From the NCBI GenBank assembly GCA_963674865.2, contig CAXXYE010000009.1:864001-928000 (forward strand): a DNA stretch of 64,000 nucleotides, given 5' to 3'. A program made the translations under genes and the position numbers. Source of the DNA: Candidatus Hydrogenedentota bacterium (GTDB lineage Bacteria; Hydrogenedentota; Hydrogenedentia; Hydrogenedentales; SLHB01). Below the pieces are notes generated by a model. It was not told the DNA's origin. It searched no databases and saw only the letters and a program-made list of their open reading frames with translations. Numbering within the stretch: position 1 is the first letter of the stretch; each line of letters opens with the position of its first letter. This document shows positions 9,196 through 19,053 of the stretch, in pieces.

Positions 9196-10962
9196 ATGTC
9201 AAGTTCCTTCTTTCGCTTTCTGAAATACGCAAAGCCATACTGGCTCCTCATTGTGGGCGCCATCTTGTTCGGTGTTGTGAAGTTCACGCTTGCGTTGACG
9301 TTGCCTGCGTCACTGGGACTGGTGACCGACAAGGTTTTCTTGGTGACGGAACTCCCTTTGAAGGTGCGTCTATTTCGGCTCTTCGTCATTCTTGGGGCGT
9401 TAACGCTGGCGTTTCTGGCACGCTCACCCGTCACCTATCTGCGCTCCTATCTCGGCGCTGTGGCGGGCCACAGGACGATATTCGAGCTGCGACGGGATCT
9501 GTACCGGCACCTCCAGCGCCTGAGTCTGACATACTATTCACGCCAGCGGGCGGGCTCTGTTATCTCACGCCTCATCAACGACCTTAACGCCGCGCAGGGG
9601 ATCCTCACGCGTGGCGTGATTGCCGTGTCGATGGACCTCATCTTCTTGCTCGGCGTGGTTGTGTTTCTTTTCATCTACGACTGGCGCCTTGCCGGCGTTA
9701 GCCTGTTCACGCTGCCCATTTACGGGGCCGTGTTCGGGGCGCTGAATCCCCGGCTGAGGAGAGTGTCGTCCGCAGTCCAGGAAGAGATGGCGGAGATGTC
9801 GGGCGAGGTGACGGAGAAGCTCAGCGGTGTCCAGGTGGTGCAGTCCTTCGTGCGAGAAAAGACGGAGGAGATGAACTTCTTCACCCGGCACCGGCGGTAC
9901 TACCGAAAGGTGCTCAAGCGAACGCGGCTGAAGGTCACGCTGTCGACGGTGGCGGAGTTTCTGACGGCCTTTGGCCCGATGCTGGTTGTAGGATATGGGG
10001 GATACCGCGTGGTGGTGGGCTCGATGACGCCCGGCCAAGTCATCCTCTTCTATGGCTTCCTACAGCACTTGTATCTCCCGATGCGGCGATTGGCCGACTG
10101 CTCGGCGTTGATTCAGGAGAAACTGGCGGCTGTTGACCGCGTGTTTGAGGTCCGCGATGTGGAGCCGGATATCCAGGATAAGGCGGGGGCGATCCCTCTG
10201 AATTCGCCCAAGGGCGTCATCGAATTCAGGAATCTTCATTTCTCCTACGAGCCGGGGCAGCCCGTTCTCCAGGATGTGTCTCTGCGTATCGAGCCTGGGC
10301 AGTCGGTTGCGTTCGTGGGGCGAAGCGGGGCCGGAAAGAGTACGCTCGTCAATCTCGTCCCGCGGTTCTATGATGTGGATACGGGGGCGGTGCTGGTAGA
10401 CGGTGTGGACACCCGCGAGTTGATGGTGCGATCCCTGCGTGAGAATATCGGTATCGTACCTCAAGACTCGATTCTCTTCAGCGGCACGATTCGCGAGAAT
10501 ATCCTTTACGGACGCCACAATGCCACGAAGCGGGAGATGAAAGAGGCGGCCCGAATGGCGCACGTGGACGAGTTCGTCAGCATTTTGCCTGCGAGGTATG
10601 GGACGCTGATCGGGGAGCGGGGTGTGTCCTTGAGCGGCGGACAAAAGCAGCGAATCAGCATCGCGCGGGCGTTCTTGCGCAATCCGCGCATACTCATCTT
10701 GGATGAGGCGACGTCGAACCTGGATTCGCACGCGGAGCGCATCATTCAGGACGCGCTACGCGAGTTGATGAAAGGCCGGACGACGCTGGTTATAGCGCAC
10801 CGGCTTTCAACGATCGTCGACTGCGACCTGGTTGTGGTGCTGGAGCAGGGCCGGATCGTGCAAACGGGGACGCACGAGAGCCTTATCCGTGAGAAAGGCC
10901 CATACCGACGCTTCTGCAGGGAGCAGTTCGGCTACGTGCAGCTTGACGAGTTAGCGCGGTAG
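9196..10962 (+). CDS. ABC exporter, fused permease/ATPase (MsbA/Sav1866 type)
   Basis: N-terminal TM domain; GRSGAGKS, LSGGQKQR, ILILDEATSNLD, IAHRLST. Confidence 0.93.
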   Translation: MSSSFFRFLKYAKPYWLLIVGAILFGVVKFTLALTLPASLGLVTDKVFLVTELPLKVRLFRLFVILGALTLAFLARSPVTYLRSYLGAVAGHRTIFELRRDLYRHLQRLSLTYYSRQRAGSVISRLINDLNAAQGILTRGVIAVSMDLIFLLGVVVFLFIYDWRLAGVSLFTLPIYGAVFGALNPRLRRVSSAVQEEMAEMSGEVTEKLSGVQVVQSFVREKTEEMNFFTRHRRYYRKVLKRTRLKVTLSTVAEFLTAFGPMLVVGYGGYRVVVGSMTPGQVILFYGFLQHLYLPMRRLADCSALIQEKLAAVDRVFEVRDVEPDIQDKAGAIPLNSPKGVIEFRNLHFSYEPGQPVLQDVSLRIEPGQSVAFVGRSGAGKSTLVNLVPRFYDVDTGAVLVDGVDTRELMVRSLRENIGIVPQDSILFSGTIRENILYGRHNATKREMKEAARMAHVDEFVSILPARYGTLIGERGVSLSGGQKQRISIARAFLRNPRILILDEATSNLDSHAERIIQDALRELMKGRTTLVIAHRLSTIVDCDLVVVLEQGRIVQTGTHESLIREKGPYRRFCREQFGYVQLDELAR

Positions 10963-10993
10963 GCCGGCTTCCAGGGGCGAGGGGGCGCTGCAT

Positions 10994-11413
10994 TCACTCG
11001 AGGCGTTTTCCGACGCTACTCATGGACAGGGCTGCGTGGAGGACGCCCTTCTGTTGGCGGAGTGCATCGGCCAACGCCTGGATGTCGTCGGCCTTTCCGG
11101 TGGCCATGATCATTTCAGCGCAGAGGTCATGGGTAAGGTGTACATGGGTGGTGGCGAGGACATTGGCCTGGTGGTCGTGTTGAACGTCAGTAAGCTTCTC
11201 GGATAGGCCGCGGGTGTGGTGATCGTAGAGCAAAGTGACTGTGCCAAGGGCTTCTTGGCCTCTTACCCACTCCTCGGCCACCAGGCGATCACGAATCATA
11301 TCGCGTATGAACTCAGAGCGGTTGGTGTAGCGACTTGCGGCGAGAAGCTTCTCGAGGCGGTTCAGTAGAGAACGCTCGAGCGAAAAGCTTAGACGCACCA
11401 ACTCAGAAGACAT
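10994..11413 (-). CDS. nikR: Nickel-responsive regulator
   Basis: Ribbon-helix-helix (VRLSFSL..YTNRSEFIRDMIR), YDHH, QHDH, TTHVHLTHDLCAE nickel-site residues. Confidence 0.93.
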   Translation of the reverse strand: MSSELVRLSFSLERSLLNRLEKLLAASRYTNRSEFIRDMIRDRLVAEEWVRGQEALGTVTLLYDHHTRGLSEKLTDVQHDHQANVLATTHVHLTHDLCAEMIMATGKADDIQALADALRQQKGVLHAALSMSSVGKRLE

Positions 11414-11449
11414 GGCGTCTCCCCCTCTTCCTTCAACCAGATTGCCCTC

Positions 11450-11478
11450 ATACTACTGGCCCGATTGGTGCGCTTCAA
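11450..11478 (-). promoter_or_regulatory. Putative nikR promoter, back-to-back with the lexA promoter
   Basis: Minus strand TTGAAG-N17-TAGTAT. Confidence 0.55.
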
Positions 11479-11489
11479 GCCTGTGGGAC

Positions 11490-11540
11490 TTGACAAGCGG
11501 CCGCGGGCCTGCTTGAATATATCTGAAAAAGATTTCAGAT
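11490..11540 (+). promoter_or_regulatory. lexA promoter with candidate LexA operator (SOS box)
   Basis: TTGACA at 11490-11495; perfect inverted repeat ATCTGAAA-AAGA-TTTCAGAT at 11521-11540 over the expected start site. Confidence 0.7.
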
Positions 11541-11558
11541 TCGGAGAGAGGAAGTCTT

Positions 11559-12191
11559 ATGGCCATAGGACTTACGTCCCGCCAGTCACAAGTGCTCGAG
11601 TTTATCATTCGGTCGATTCGCGATTTGGGCTATCCGCCTACCATTGCGGAGATTGGGAAGGAGTTTCGCATTGCCTCCACCAACGGCGTGAATGATCATC
11701 TTGTGGCACTTGAGCGTAAAGGCTACATCGCGCGTTCGTCGAAGGCGCGGGGCATCCGGGTCACGGAGAAGGCGGCCGCCGGCCTTTACCGCAGCGAGGT
11801 GGGGGTGCTTCCCCTGGTGGGACGGATTGCGGCGGGCCAGCCCATTCTGGCGGAGGAGAATGTCGAGGGCAGTGTGCCCGTCTCGTCACAGCTGGCGAAG
11901 GAGGCGACCTATTGCCTCCGCGTTCAAGGCGACAGCATGATCGAGGATGGGATTCTTGACGGTGATGTGATCATTGTTTCGCAAAGGACCTCCGCGGCGC
12001 CGGGTGATGTGGTAGTGGCTCTCGTCGACGGCGAGGCAACGGTGAAGCGATTCTATGCGCACGCCGACATCGTCGAATTACGGCCCGCCAACGCCGCCAT
12101 GAAGCCGATGCTGCTGCACGCTGAGGACGTTCGATTGCAGGGGGTAGTTCTGGCGCTTCAGCGTTCGATCCGTTCGGGAACGGGTGTGTAG
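11559..12191 (+). CDS. lexA: SOS repressor LexA
   Basis: LTSRQ..GYPPTIAEI..STNGVNDHL; cleavage site GRIAAGQP; catalytic Ser (GDSM) and Lys (ATVKR). Confidence 0.96.
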   Translation: MAIGLTSRQSQVLEFIIRSIRDLGYPPTIAEIGKEFRIASTNGVNDHLVALERKGYIARSSKARGIRVTEKAAAGLYRSEVGVLPLVGRIAAGQPILAEENVEGSVPVSSQLAKEATYCLRVQGDSMIEDGILDGDVIIVSQRTSAAPGDVVVALVDGEATVKRFYAHADIVELRPANAAMKPMLLHAEDVRLQGVVLALQRSIRSGTGV

Positions 12192-12246
12192 GCCATCGTG
12201 CTTCGTAGGATGTGAGCGCCGCACCGCAAGTGCCAATTTCTCCCGA

Positions 12247-15200
12247 TCAGGGCCTTGGACGGCGAACAAGTGCGCTCCGGACGGGCACGCCTGCGGGCCG
12301 GATGGCGATGCCGTCGGTTTGGACCTCAATAGGCTGGCCATTAACGACGGTGGCGTTTGCCTCTTCGATGACTACACGGATGGGCCAAGTCTTGGGCCAG
12401 GCAGATGTAGTTCTCCAGGGGATCGACAGAAACTCACCCGCTGCGGCGCGGCGTTTGGGGGGCGTAAACGCGAGAAGGAGCACTCCCGGGGAGGGCTGCC
12501 GCTGAATAAGTCTGCGGCCAGCCTGGACTGCGGCGGAACTCGGGGCGGGTTTGGCCCACCGTAGCGCGTCTTCAGGCAGGGCCTTGAGGCGAACGGAAAT
12601 CCATCCGATGCTGACTTCTGGGGGGTGCTCCAGCGTGAGGGTGATGGAGCCTCGATATTGCTGGCCCTGAACGTGAAAAGCCTGGAGCGTCGCCGCGGTG
12701 AGGCGCGCCGTTGTTCGGGATGTGTAGTGGAATCCGGCGGGCAGGGCACCTGACAGGCCGGTAGAGGGCTCCTCGACGCGAATGGGAACGTCGCCGCCCG
12801 TCGCTATCTCATACGGCGGCGTCTCCGCGAGGAGCGTATCGGCAGCAGTTCGACGGACGCTCGGGGAAGGGGAGGGCCCGAACCACACAGTAGCGTCCTG
12901 AGTGAAATTCCGGCCCGTTATCTCAATGGCCGTCCCGCCTTCGGCGGGCCCGTGATTGGGGGAAAGGCCGGCTACGTGAGGGGCGTCCCCCGGGGGCAGA
13001 GGCCAGGGATCGGCGCCATCAAGCGTTCCGTCGCCATCGGAATCCGCGTTCAGCGGGCTTGTTTCACCCTCGTCCACTCTCCCGTTTCGATCAAGATCCT
13101 CATCGCCATCGGGGATGCCGTCGCCATCGGTATCCGGATTGAGGAAGTCTGTTTCGCCGGTATCCCACAGGCCGTTCTTATCGAGGTCTTCCACGTCGTC
13201 GGGGAGGCCGTCGCCGTCGAGGTCGCTGACATCCTTTCCTGCCCGGGCGAGCCATCGGAATAGGTCGTTCGCGAAGTGGCGGTTAGCTGATGCATGGAGG
13301 GGGCCATTCTCAAGCGGCGTGGCCGCAGCGAGCACGGCGACGCGCCCGTAGCCGTAAGGCCGCGCCAGGAAGAGTGCGTGCCCAGCCTCGTCGGCCACGA
13401 GGGCGGCGCCTGGGGCGTCGGCTGTGACGGCGGCGCCATTGATGATCTCGAAATTGTGCCAATGCCTGCACAGCCAGTGTTCTGAGCGAGTCTGCGATAG
13501 GCCGGCGACGGCCGTGGTGGCGTCAATGCGAATGCCGATGGGACTGAGCCAGCGACTGAGTGTCCAGGGATCGCCACCGATGCCGGCGGCGCCAAGGAAG
13601 AGGACGGCGCCGCCGGCGGCCACGTAATCGAGCAGGGCGGGCCTGGCAATGAGTCCTTCCGCCGCGGCCGCGGCGTCGATGACGACGACGGCATAGGGGT
13701 CAAGGGTGCCCAGATATGGCCCGGACACGGCCAGGTGAGAGAAGTTATTGGGCGGGGCCGCCAGCAACTCGGCCAAAGCGTGCATGGCGTGCTCGCCACG
13801 GGGATCGCGCAGGCGGTGTTCACCAGCGGCGCCCGTTAGGATCCACAGGACCCGGCGGAGCATGCCGGGAGAGGGGGCTACCCTTATGTGTAAAGATGCT
13901 GGACTGCCGAGGACCTTTGGCCCGCGTCGTAAACGGCCATCCCCCATGCTCAAGATGAGTACGCCACGGGCTTCCACGCGGTGGTCTGGATACGACGCAG
14001 GATCGATGCCCATGTAGCAGGGCTCTCCCATGGCACCGGACAAGGGAAAGATGCGCAGCCAGGGCATTGCGCCGCGGTCGTAGTCAACGTGCCAACGCGT
14101 GTTCTCTCCACGAGGGACGTCGAGCACGAACGTGCGCAGCTCGCGGCCGACGGCCTCGCCGTGAAATGTCACCAGCGAGGGAGCGCGAAGACGTGCGGAC
14201 GGCGTGGTAGGGAGCGGGTCGACGCCGTCGTGCATGTTGTCCCCGTCCGAGTCAGGATCGGTATCCGACGTACCGCGTTGCTCTTCCTCCAGGGGAGGAA
14301 GGCCGTCACCATCGCGGTCGGGGGCCGGCAGGCTTTTCGCGGGCAACAGGGCAATCCGGGTGACGTGGCCCGATACGAAGGGGACTATGGCGCTCGGCGC
14401 CCGGGCTTGTATGTCGATGGCGTAGAGGCGATTCGCCGCGCCGGCAAAAAGGCCCTCCGGCGTCCATGCCAGTGCGGCAATGGCGTCGGGGAGTACGAGG
14501 GGCAGGTCGTTCGATTTACCCGATGGCCAGATCTCGAGGCGACCGCCTACCGCGATGGCCACCGCCGGGCCTTTGGGGGCCGTGGCAATGCACAGCGGCC
14601 CGGCGACTTGCGTGAAGGGGACCTCGGCGGCTTTCTGAGGGCCATCAGACGTGAGCATCACGCGTGTGGCATAGGCAAATCCGAATCCGGGCGAGCGGGT
14701 TGCCACCCAACAGGAGCCGTCTCCGGCGACGGAGAGAGGGGAATCGCTTACGCGGGCGACGCCGGGGAGCTCGAGCGGCGCCCCAACCTGGCCGAAGGCG
14801 CCTGCGCCGAAGGCGTAGAGCAAGGCGATTCCCGAAGGCCGTTTCAGGGCACGCCCTGAGATCAACACGTAAATGACGTTGCCGTCCCGGCTAACAGCCA
14901 AGCCCGAGGGTTCGCCATCGAACAGCTCAATTCCCGCCGCGATGGGCAAAGCGTCTACGAGAAGCTTCTTGCGGCGCAGGTCGGCCACGTACAAGAGCGC
15001 GCTCGCGCCGGCCTGCCCGAGGCAAAGGATGGCCACGCGCGCTCCATCGGCCACACTCGCCGCTGCAACCGGTTCACCCGCCAGGGGCCATGTTACACGG
15101 GGGGGCTGAATAACGGGTTCATTCCCCGGGCTTAGGTTCATCACGGCCACGTGGCCTGGTTCTGGGGCTTCGCCATCGAACGACGTGCTCAACACAACGA

Positions 15201-15612
15201 TGAAGTCCTGGCCTCCGTCGGCGGCCCGGCCCGTGCAGGCAGCTTGCTCGCGGCCCGTCACCGGGGAGACATGTTGAGCGCCCTCCATGGCGCCGAAAGG
15301 CGCGCACAGATATCCCGAGATGAAGGCCGGCGAATCGGCTGCCCGCGAGCCCGTGGTGATGACTGCAGTCCCTGCATCGGGCGTCAGCAGTATTGGGCCG
15401 ACGACATCGCTCCCCGGCAATCGCTCAGCCCCGGGGAGCACCGAGCCGCGGGCCATATCTACGCTTTGAAGATAGACGGCTGTGGCCTTCCGGGCCGCCG
15501 ATAGTGTCGTGGTGCAGACGAGGAGGCGCTGGGCGGAGGCAGAAGCGCAGACGAGAAGAGCTACCGCCATGAGGGCGGCACGTAGGAGTCTCCTTCGAGG
15601 TGTGCCCAACAC
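12247..15612 (-). CDS. Large secreted multidomain protein (beta-propeller-like region, DxDxDG Ca-binding repeats, GATase/ThuA-like domain, IPT/TIG, C-terminal beta-sandwich)
   Basis: Signal peptide RRRLL..ASA; DRDGDGL, DSDGD, DLDGDGLPD, DTDGDGIPD repeats; IPT motif SPNHGPAEGGTAIEITGRNF; start uncertain. Confidence 0.7.
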   Translation of the reverse strand: MLGTPRRRLLRAALMAVALLVCASASAQRLLVCTTTLSAARKATAVYLQSVDMARGSVLPGAERLPGSDVVGPILLTPDAGTAVITTGSRAADSPAFISGYLCAPFGAMEGAQHVSPVTGREQAACTGRAADGGQDFIVVLSTSFDGEAPEPGHVAVMNLSPGNEPVIQPPRVTWPLAGEPVAAASVADGARVAILCLGQAGASALLYVADLRRKKLLVDALPIAAGIELFDGEPSGLAVSRDGNVIYVLISGRALKRPSGIALLYAFGAGAFGQVGAPLELPGVARVSDSPLSVAGDGSCWVATRSPGFGFAYATRVMLTSDGPQKAAEVPFTQVAGPLCIATAPKGPAVAIAVGGRLEIWPSGKSNDLPLVLPDAIAALAWTPEGLFAGAANRLYAIDIQARAPSAIVPFVSGHVTRIALLPAKSLPAPDRDGDGLPPLEEEQRGTSDTDPDSDGDNMHDGVDPLPTTPSARLRAPSLVTFHGEAVGRELRTFVLDVPRGENTRWHVDYDRGAMPWLRIFPLSGAMGEPCYMGIDPASYPDHRVEARGVLILSMGDGRLRRGPKVLGSPASLHIRVAPSPGMLRRVLWILTGAAGEHRLRDPRGEHAMHALAELLAAPPNNFSHLAVSGPYLGTLDPYAVVVIDAAAAAEGLIARPALLDYVAAGGAVLFLGAAGIGGDPWTLSRWLSPIGIRIDATTAVAGLSQTRSEHWLCRHWHNFEIINGAAVTADAPGAALVADEAGHALFLARPYGYGRVAVLAAATPLENGPLHASANRHFANDLFRWLARAGKDVSDLDGDGLPDDVEDLDKNGLWDTGETDFLNPDTDGDGIPDGDEDLDRNGRVDEGETSPLNADSDGDGTLDGADPWPLPPGDAPHVAGLSPNHGPAEGGTAIEITGRNFTQDATVWFGPSPSPSVRRTAADTLLAETPPYEIATGGDVPIRVEEPSTGLSGALPAGFHYTSRTTARLTAATLQAFHVQGQQYRGSITLTLEHPPEVSIGWISVRLKALPEDALRWAKPAPSSAAVQAGRRLIQRQPSPGVLLLAFTPPKRRAAAGEFLSIPWRTTSAWPKTWPIRVVIEEANATVVNGQPIEVQTDGIAIRPAGVPVRSALVRRPRP

Positions 15613-15829
15613 GTGCTCTCCCGTGCTCTGAAATGGCTGGGGCGGCTCTTCCCCCGGGCTTCCGGCCCGAAATCTCCAGCGTGATTGGCTCAGAGATGTC
15701 TCCACGGAATGATAATCCGAAAGGCTGGCGTACACAACCAGGGATGCGACCAGAGTCTAAGGTTTCTTGCACTGTACCGCCGGACCCGCCCTCAGTGCGG
15801 GGGCACTATTCGCGTCTCGCGAGAACGGT

Positions 15830-15859
15830 TTGACTTGTCCTGAGATCGTATGCTAGTCT
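15830..15859 (+). promoter_or_regulatory. Putative rplU operon promoter
   Basis: TTGACT-N18-TAGTCT with TGn extension. Confidence 0.5.
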
Positions 15860-15905
15860 CTATCGGTTTTCCCAAAGTAAGGAGAGGCGCCGGTTCGGGT
15901 GCGTC

Positions 15906-15956
15906 AAGCTTGGCTTCGGTTTTCGGCGATAGGCGGAGGCCGGGAGCTTTTTTATT
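15906..15956 (+). terminator. Terminator-like hairpin inside the rplU 5' leader
   Basis: AAGCTTGGCTTC...GAGGCCGGGAGCTT stem (with G-U pairs) running into TTTTTTATT. Confidence 0.45.
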
Positions 15957-16065
15957 GCTTGGCCGGGACTTTCTGAGAGGGTTCCCGCCCGACGTGCGTG
16001 CGCCCGTGATATGCGGGATGTGCCGCGTCGCCTTGCGCGGCCGGACAATCTTGGAGATAGCCACG

Positions 16066-16377
16066 ATGTACGCAGTGGTAACGACAGGTGGTAAGCAGTT
16101 TAGGGTATTTGAGGGCGATGTCGTTCGCGTGGAACGTATCGAGGCGCCGGTGGGCGACACCATCGAGTTGGTGAGCGTGAACCTTGTCGCCAAGGATGAC
16201 GCCCTGGTGGTGGATCCTGAGGCGCTGAAAAGCGCGAAGGTTGTGTGCGACGTGCTCGGGCAGGGCCGTGCCAAGAAGATCCGGGTCTTCAAGAAGAAGC
16301 GGCGCAAGAACTACGCCCGTACTCAAGGCCACCGGCAACCGTACACCGAACTGCGCGTCCGCGAGATCCAGGCGTAG
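16066..16377 (+). CDS. rplU: 50S ribosomal protein L21
   Basis: MYAVVTTGGKQFRV..FKKKRRKNY..GHRQPYT. Confidence 0.97.
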   Translation: MYAVVTTGGKQFRVFEGDVVRVERIEAPVGDTIELVSVNLVAKDDALVVDPEALKSAKVVCDVLGQGRAKKIRVFKKKRRKNYARTQGHRQPYTELRVREIQA

Positions 16378-16389
16378 AGGAGAAACACC

Positions 16390-16653
16390 ATGGCCCATAA
16401 GAAAGCCGGCGGCAGCTCACGAAATGGTCGAGACAGCGCGGCTCAGCGTCTTGGCCTTAAGAAGTCTGGCGGCCAAACAGTGCGCGCGGGCAATATCCTT
16501 GTTCGCCAGCGCGGCACCAAATTCCATCCCGGCCGGAACGTTGGCATTGGCAGCGATGACACCTTGTTTGCTTTGACCGATGGCGTCGTCGAGTTCCGGC
16601 AGGTGCGCAAGGACCGGAAACGCGTGGATATTGTTCCGGCCAAAGCCGACTAA
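16390..16653 (+). CDS. rpmA: 50S ribosomal protein L27
   Basis: [36 protein letters not shown]. Confidence 0.98.
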   Translation: MAHKKAGGSSRNGRDSAAQRLGLKKSGGQTVRAGNILVRQRGTKFHPGRNVGIGSDDTLFALTDGVVEFRQVRKDRKRVDIVPAKAD

Positions 16654-16676
16654 GCCCCCGGCCGTGCCCGCCTATC

Positions 16677-17930
16677 ATGTGGATTGATCGCGCACGGATT
16701 AGAGTGACGGGCGGCAAGGGCGGCAACGGCTGTTGTAGCTTCCGGAGAGAGAAATACGTTCCTCGCGGGGGGCCTGATGGAGGCGACGGGGGAAACGGGG
16801 GCGATGTCTTCATCGTCGCCGATGCACGCCTTAGTTCGCTTCTGGATCTTCGCTATCACGCTCACTGGAAAGGCGAGCGCGGCCTACATGGCGAAGGCAA
16901 GAACCGGCACGGCAAGAACGGCGGCGAGATAACGATTCGCGTGCCGGCGGGCACGGTGGTTCACGATGCCGCGAGCGGAGACGTCCTCTGCGACCTTGCC
17001 CAAGTGGGCGATCGCTTCCTGGCCGCCGCGGGCGGGCGGGGAGGCAAGGGAAACGCGCGTTTTACTTCCTCCACGAACCGGGCGCCGAAGTTCGCCGAAC
17101 TCGGAGAGCCGGGGCAGGAGGCGGACTACGTACTTGAGCTGAAGCTTATCGCCGAAGTGGGTCTAGTGGGCCTTCCTAATGCGGGCAAGTCCACGCTGCT
17201 CTCCCGCGTCACCGCGGCCACGCCCAAGATCGCGGACTATCCATTCACTACGCTTTCCCCCAACCTGGGCGTCGCGGAACTGAGCGATCACCGCGCGTTG
17301 ACGATCGCTGACATTCCGGGCATTATTGAAGGCGCCGCTCAAGGTAAGGGTCTGGGGCACGACTTCCTGAGACATATTGAACGAACGAAGGTTCTACTTT
17401 TTCTAATCGACCTCGGTGACGAGGATCCTGTTGCGACATGGCGCACCCTTGAGCGTGAACTCGCGGCACATAGCGTGGAGTTCGCCGATAGGCCGGCCGT
17501 CTTCGCCCTGAACAAGGCCGATATCCCCGCGAATTGTGAGCGTTTTCCCCAAGTGGCGGAGGCTTTTGAAACGTCCTTCATGATTTCAGCGGCAACGGGC
17601 GAAGGCGTTGGGCCTCTGCTCGAGCATCTTTGGGCCGTTGTTGAGCGCGTTCGTCAAGAGGAGGCGGAACCGGAAAACATACCGGTGGAGCGGACTTACA
17701 CCTATGAAGCACCCTTCACCGTCGAGAAGACGGCCGCCGGCTTTCGCGTGGAAGGCCGGCAGGTTCATCGTGCCGTGCGCATGACGGACTTTGATAACGA
17801 GGAGGCCGTACATCATTTGCAGCACCGACTCAAGGGCATGGGACTTTTCAAGGTTTTGAAGCGCCTTGGGGCTCAGGCCGGGCAGACGATCGTGATTGGG
17901 GACGTGGAACTTGAATACCATCCCGACTGA
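16677..17930 (+). CDS. obgE: GTPase ObgE/CgtA with C-terminal OCT-like domain
   Basis: Gly-rich Obg fold (SFRREKYVPRGGPDGGDGG), GLPNAGKST, YPFTT, DIPG, NKAD. Confidence 0.97.
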   Translation: MWIDRARIRVTGGKGGNGCCSFRREKYVPRGGPDGGDGGNGGDVFIVADARLSSLLDLRYHAHWKGERGLHGEGKNRHGKNGGEITIRVPAGTVVHDAASGDVLCDLAQVGDRFLAAAGGRGGKGNARFTSSTNRAPKFAELGEPGQEADYVLELKLIAEVGLVGLPNAGKSTLLSRVTAATPKIADYPFTTLSPNLGVAELSDHRALTIADIPGIIEGAAQGKGLGHDFLRHIERTKVLLFLIDLGDEDPVATWRTLERELAAHSVEFADRPAVFALNKADIPANCERFPQVAEAFETSFMISAATGEGVGPLLEHLWAVVERVRQEEAEPENIPVERTYTYEAPFTVEKTAAGFRVEGRQVHRAVRMTDFDNEEAVHHLQHRLKGMGLFKVLKRLGAQAGQTIVIGDVELEYHPD

Positions 17931-19038
17931 TATCAAGACGCTGGTCGTGAAGATCGGCACGTCATTGCTTACCGGCGCGCAGGGCTTTGACGGGCGCACC
18001 ATGGAGGCGGTGGGCCAGGAATTGGCCGAACTCAAGCGTACACGCGGCCTTAACGTCCTCATCGTGTCATCCGGCGCCATCGGGTGCGGTATGGACGTGC
18101 TTGGCATGAAGGAGCGCCCCCGATTGCTTCCCATCAAGCAGGCAGTGGCGGCCGTCGGACAGTCGCGCCTGATGCATTACTACGAGACCTTGCTACGGAC
18201 GTATGGGCATGGCATCAAGACCGCCCAGATCCTCTTGTCCGCGGCGGACCTGGATAGCCGCCAGGGCTACCTCAACGTGCGCAACACAACCAAGGCTCTG
18301 TTTGAGATGGATGGCGTCATTCCCGTGGTCAATGAAAACGACTCCGTGGCGATTGAGGAGTTGCGCTTCGGCGACAACGACACGCTCGCTGCGAAAGTGG
18401 CGGCCAAGATCGACGCCGATCTGCTCATCATCCTCTGCGATGTGGACGGGCTCTACGACAGGAATCCCGCACGGCACAAAGATGCGCAACCCATTCCTCA
18501 CGTGGCGCAGGTTACCGAGGAGATTGAGGCTCTCGCCGATGACACGGTCACCGAGACCACCGTCGGCGGGATGAAGACCAAGCTTGCCGCGGCGAAGATT
18601 GCCTGCGCCACGGGCCTCACCATGGTAATTGCCAATGGCAGGAGGCCGGGCATCGTCAACGATGTGCTTGCCGGACGCGGGCCGATGACGGTGTTCGGGC
18701 GGAAACCCGGCCCGATGCCTCATCGGAAGCGGTGGATCGCCTTCGGGCGTACTACTCAGGGCACTGTGCAGGTGGATGACGGCGCCCGCAAAGCCTTAGT
18801 GGACGGGGGAAAGAGTCTCCTTGCCGCGGGTATCACCGACATCCAGGGCAGTTTCGGTGTGGGCGCTGCCGTGCGGATCGTCGATGCCGCACGGAAGAAG
18901 ATCGCCCGGGGGCTGGTAAACTACTCGAGCGAGGATCTCCTTCGTATAAAAGGCCACAGGAGTCACGAAATCCAGTCTATTCTAGGCAGAAAGGACTTCG
19001 ATGAAGTGGTCCACCGAGACAACCTTGTCATTCTATAG
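17911..19038 (+). CDS. proB: Glutamate 5-kinase with PUA domain
   Basis: VVKIGTS, VSSGAI, VNENDSV, FGDNDTLAA, GGMKTK, VVHRDNL; TTG start overlapping the obgE end is approximate. Confidence 0.95.
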   Translation: MNTIPTDIKTLVVKIGTSLLTGAQGFDGRTMEAVGQELAELKRTRGLNVLIVSSGAIGCGMDVLGMKERPRLLPIKQAVAAVGQSRLMHYYETLLRTYGHGIKTAQILLSAADLDSRQGYLNVRNTTKALFEMDGVIPVVNENDSVAIEELRFGDNDTLAAKVAAKIDADLLIILCDVDGLYDRNPARHKDAQPIPHVAQVTEEIEALADDTVTETTVGGMKTKLAAAKIACATGLTMVIANGRRPGIVNDVLAGRGPMTVFGRKPGPMPHRKRWIAFGRTTQGTVQVDDGARKALVDGGKSLLAAGITDIQGSFGVGAAVRIVDAARKKIARGLVNYSSEDLLRIKGHRSHEIQSILGRKDFDEVVHRDNLVIL

Positions 19039-19053
19039 AGGAAGGCTGACGCG

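Noticed and set aside
16377..16400. Missing Prp protease gene between rplU and rpmA
   Set aside because: L27 starts MAHKK with no N-terminal extension, so no protease is expected
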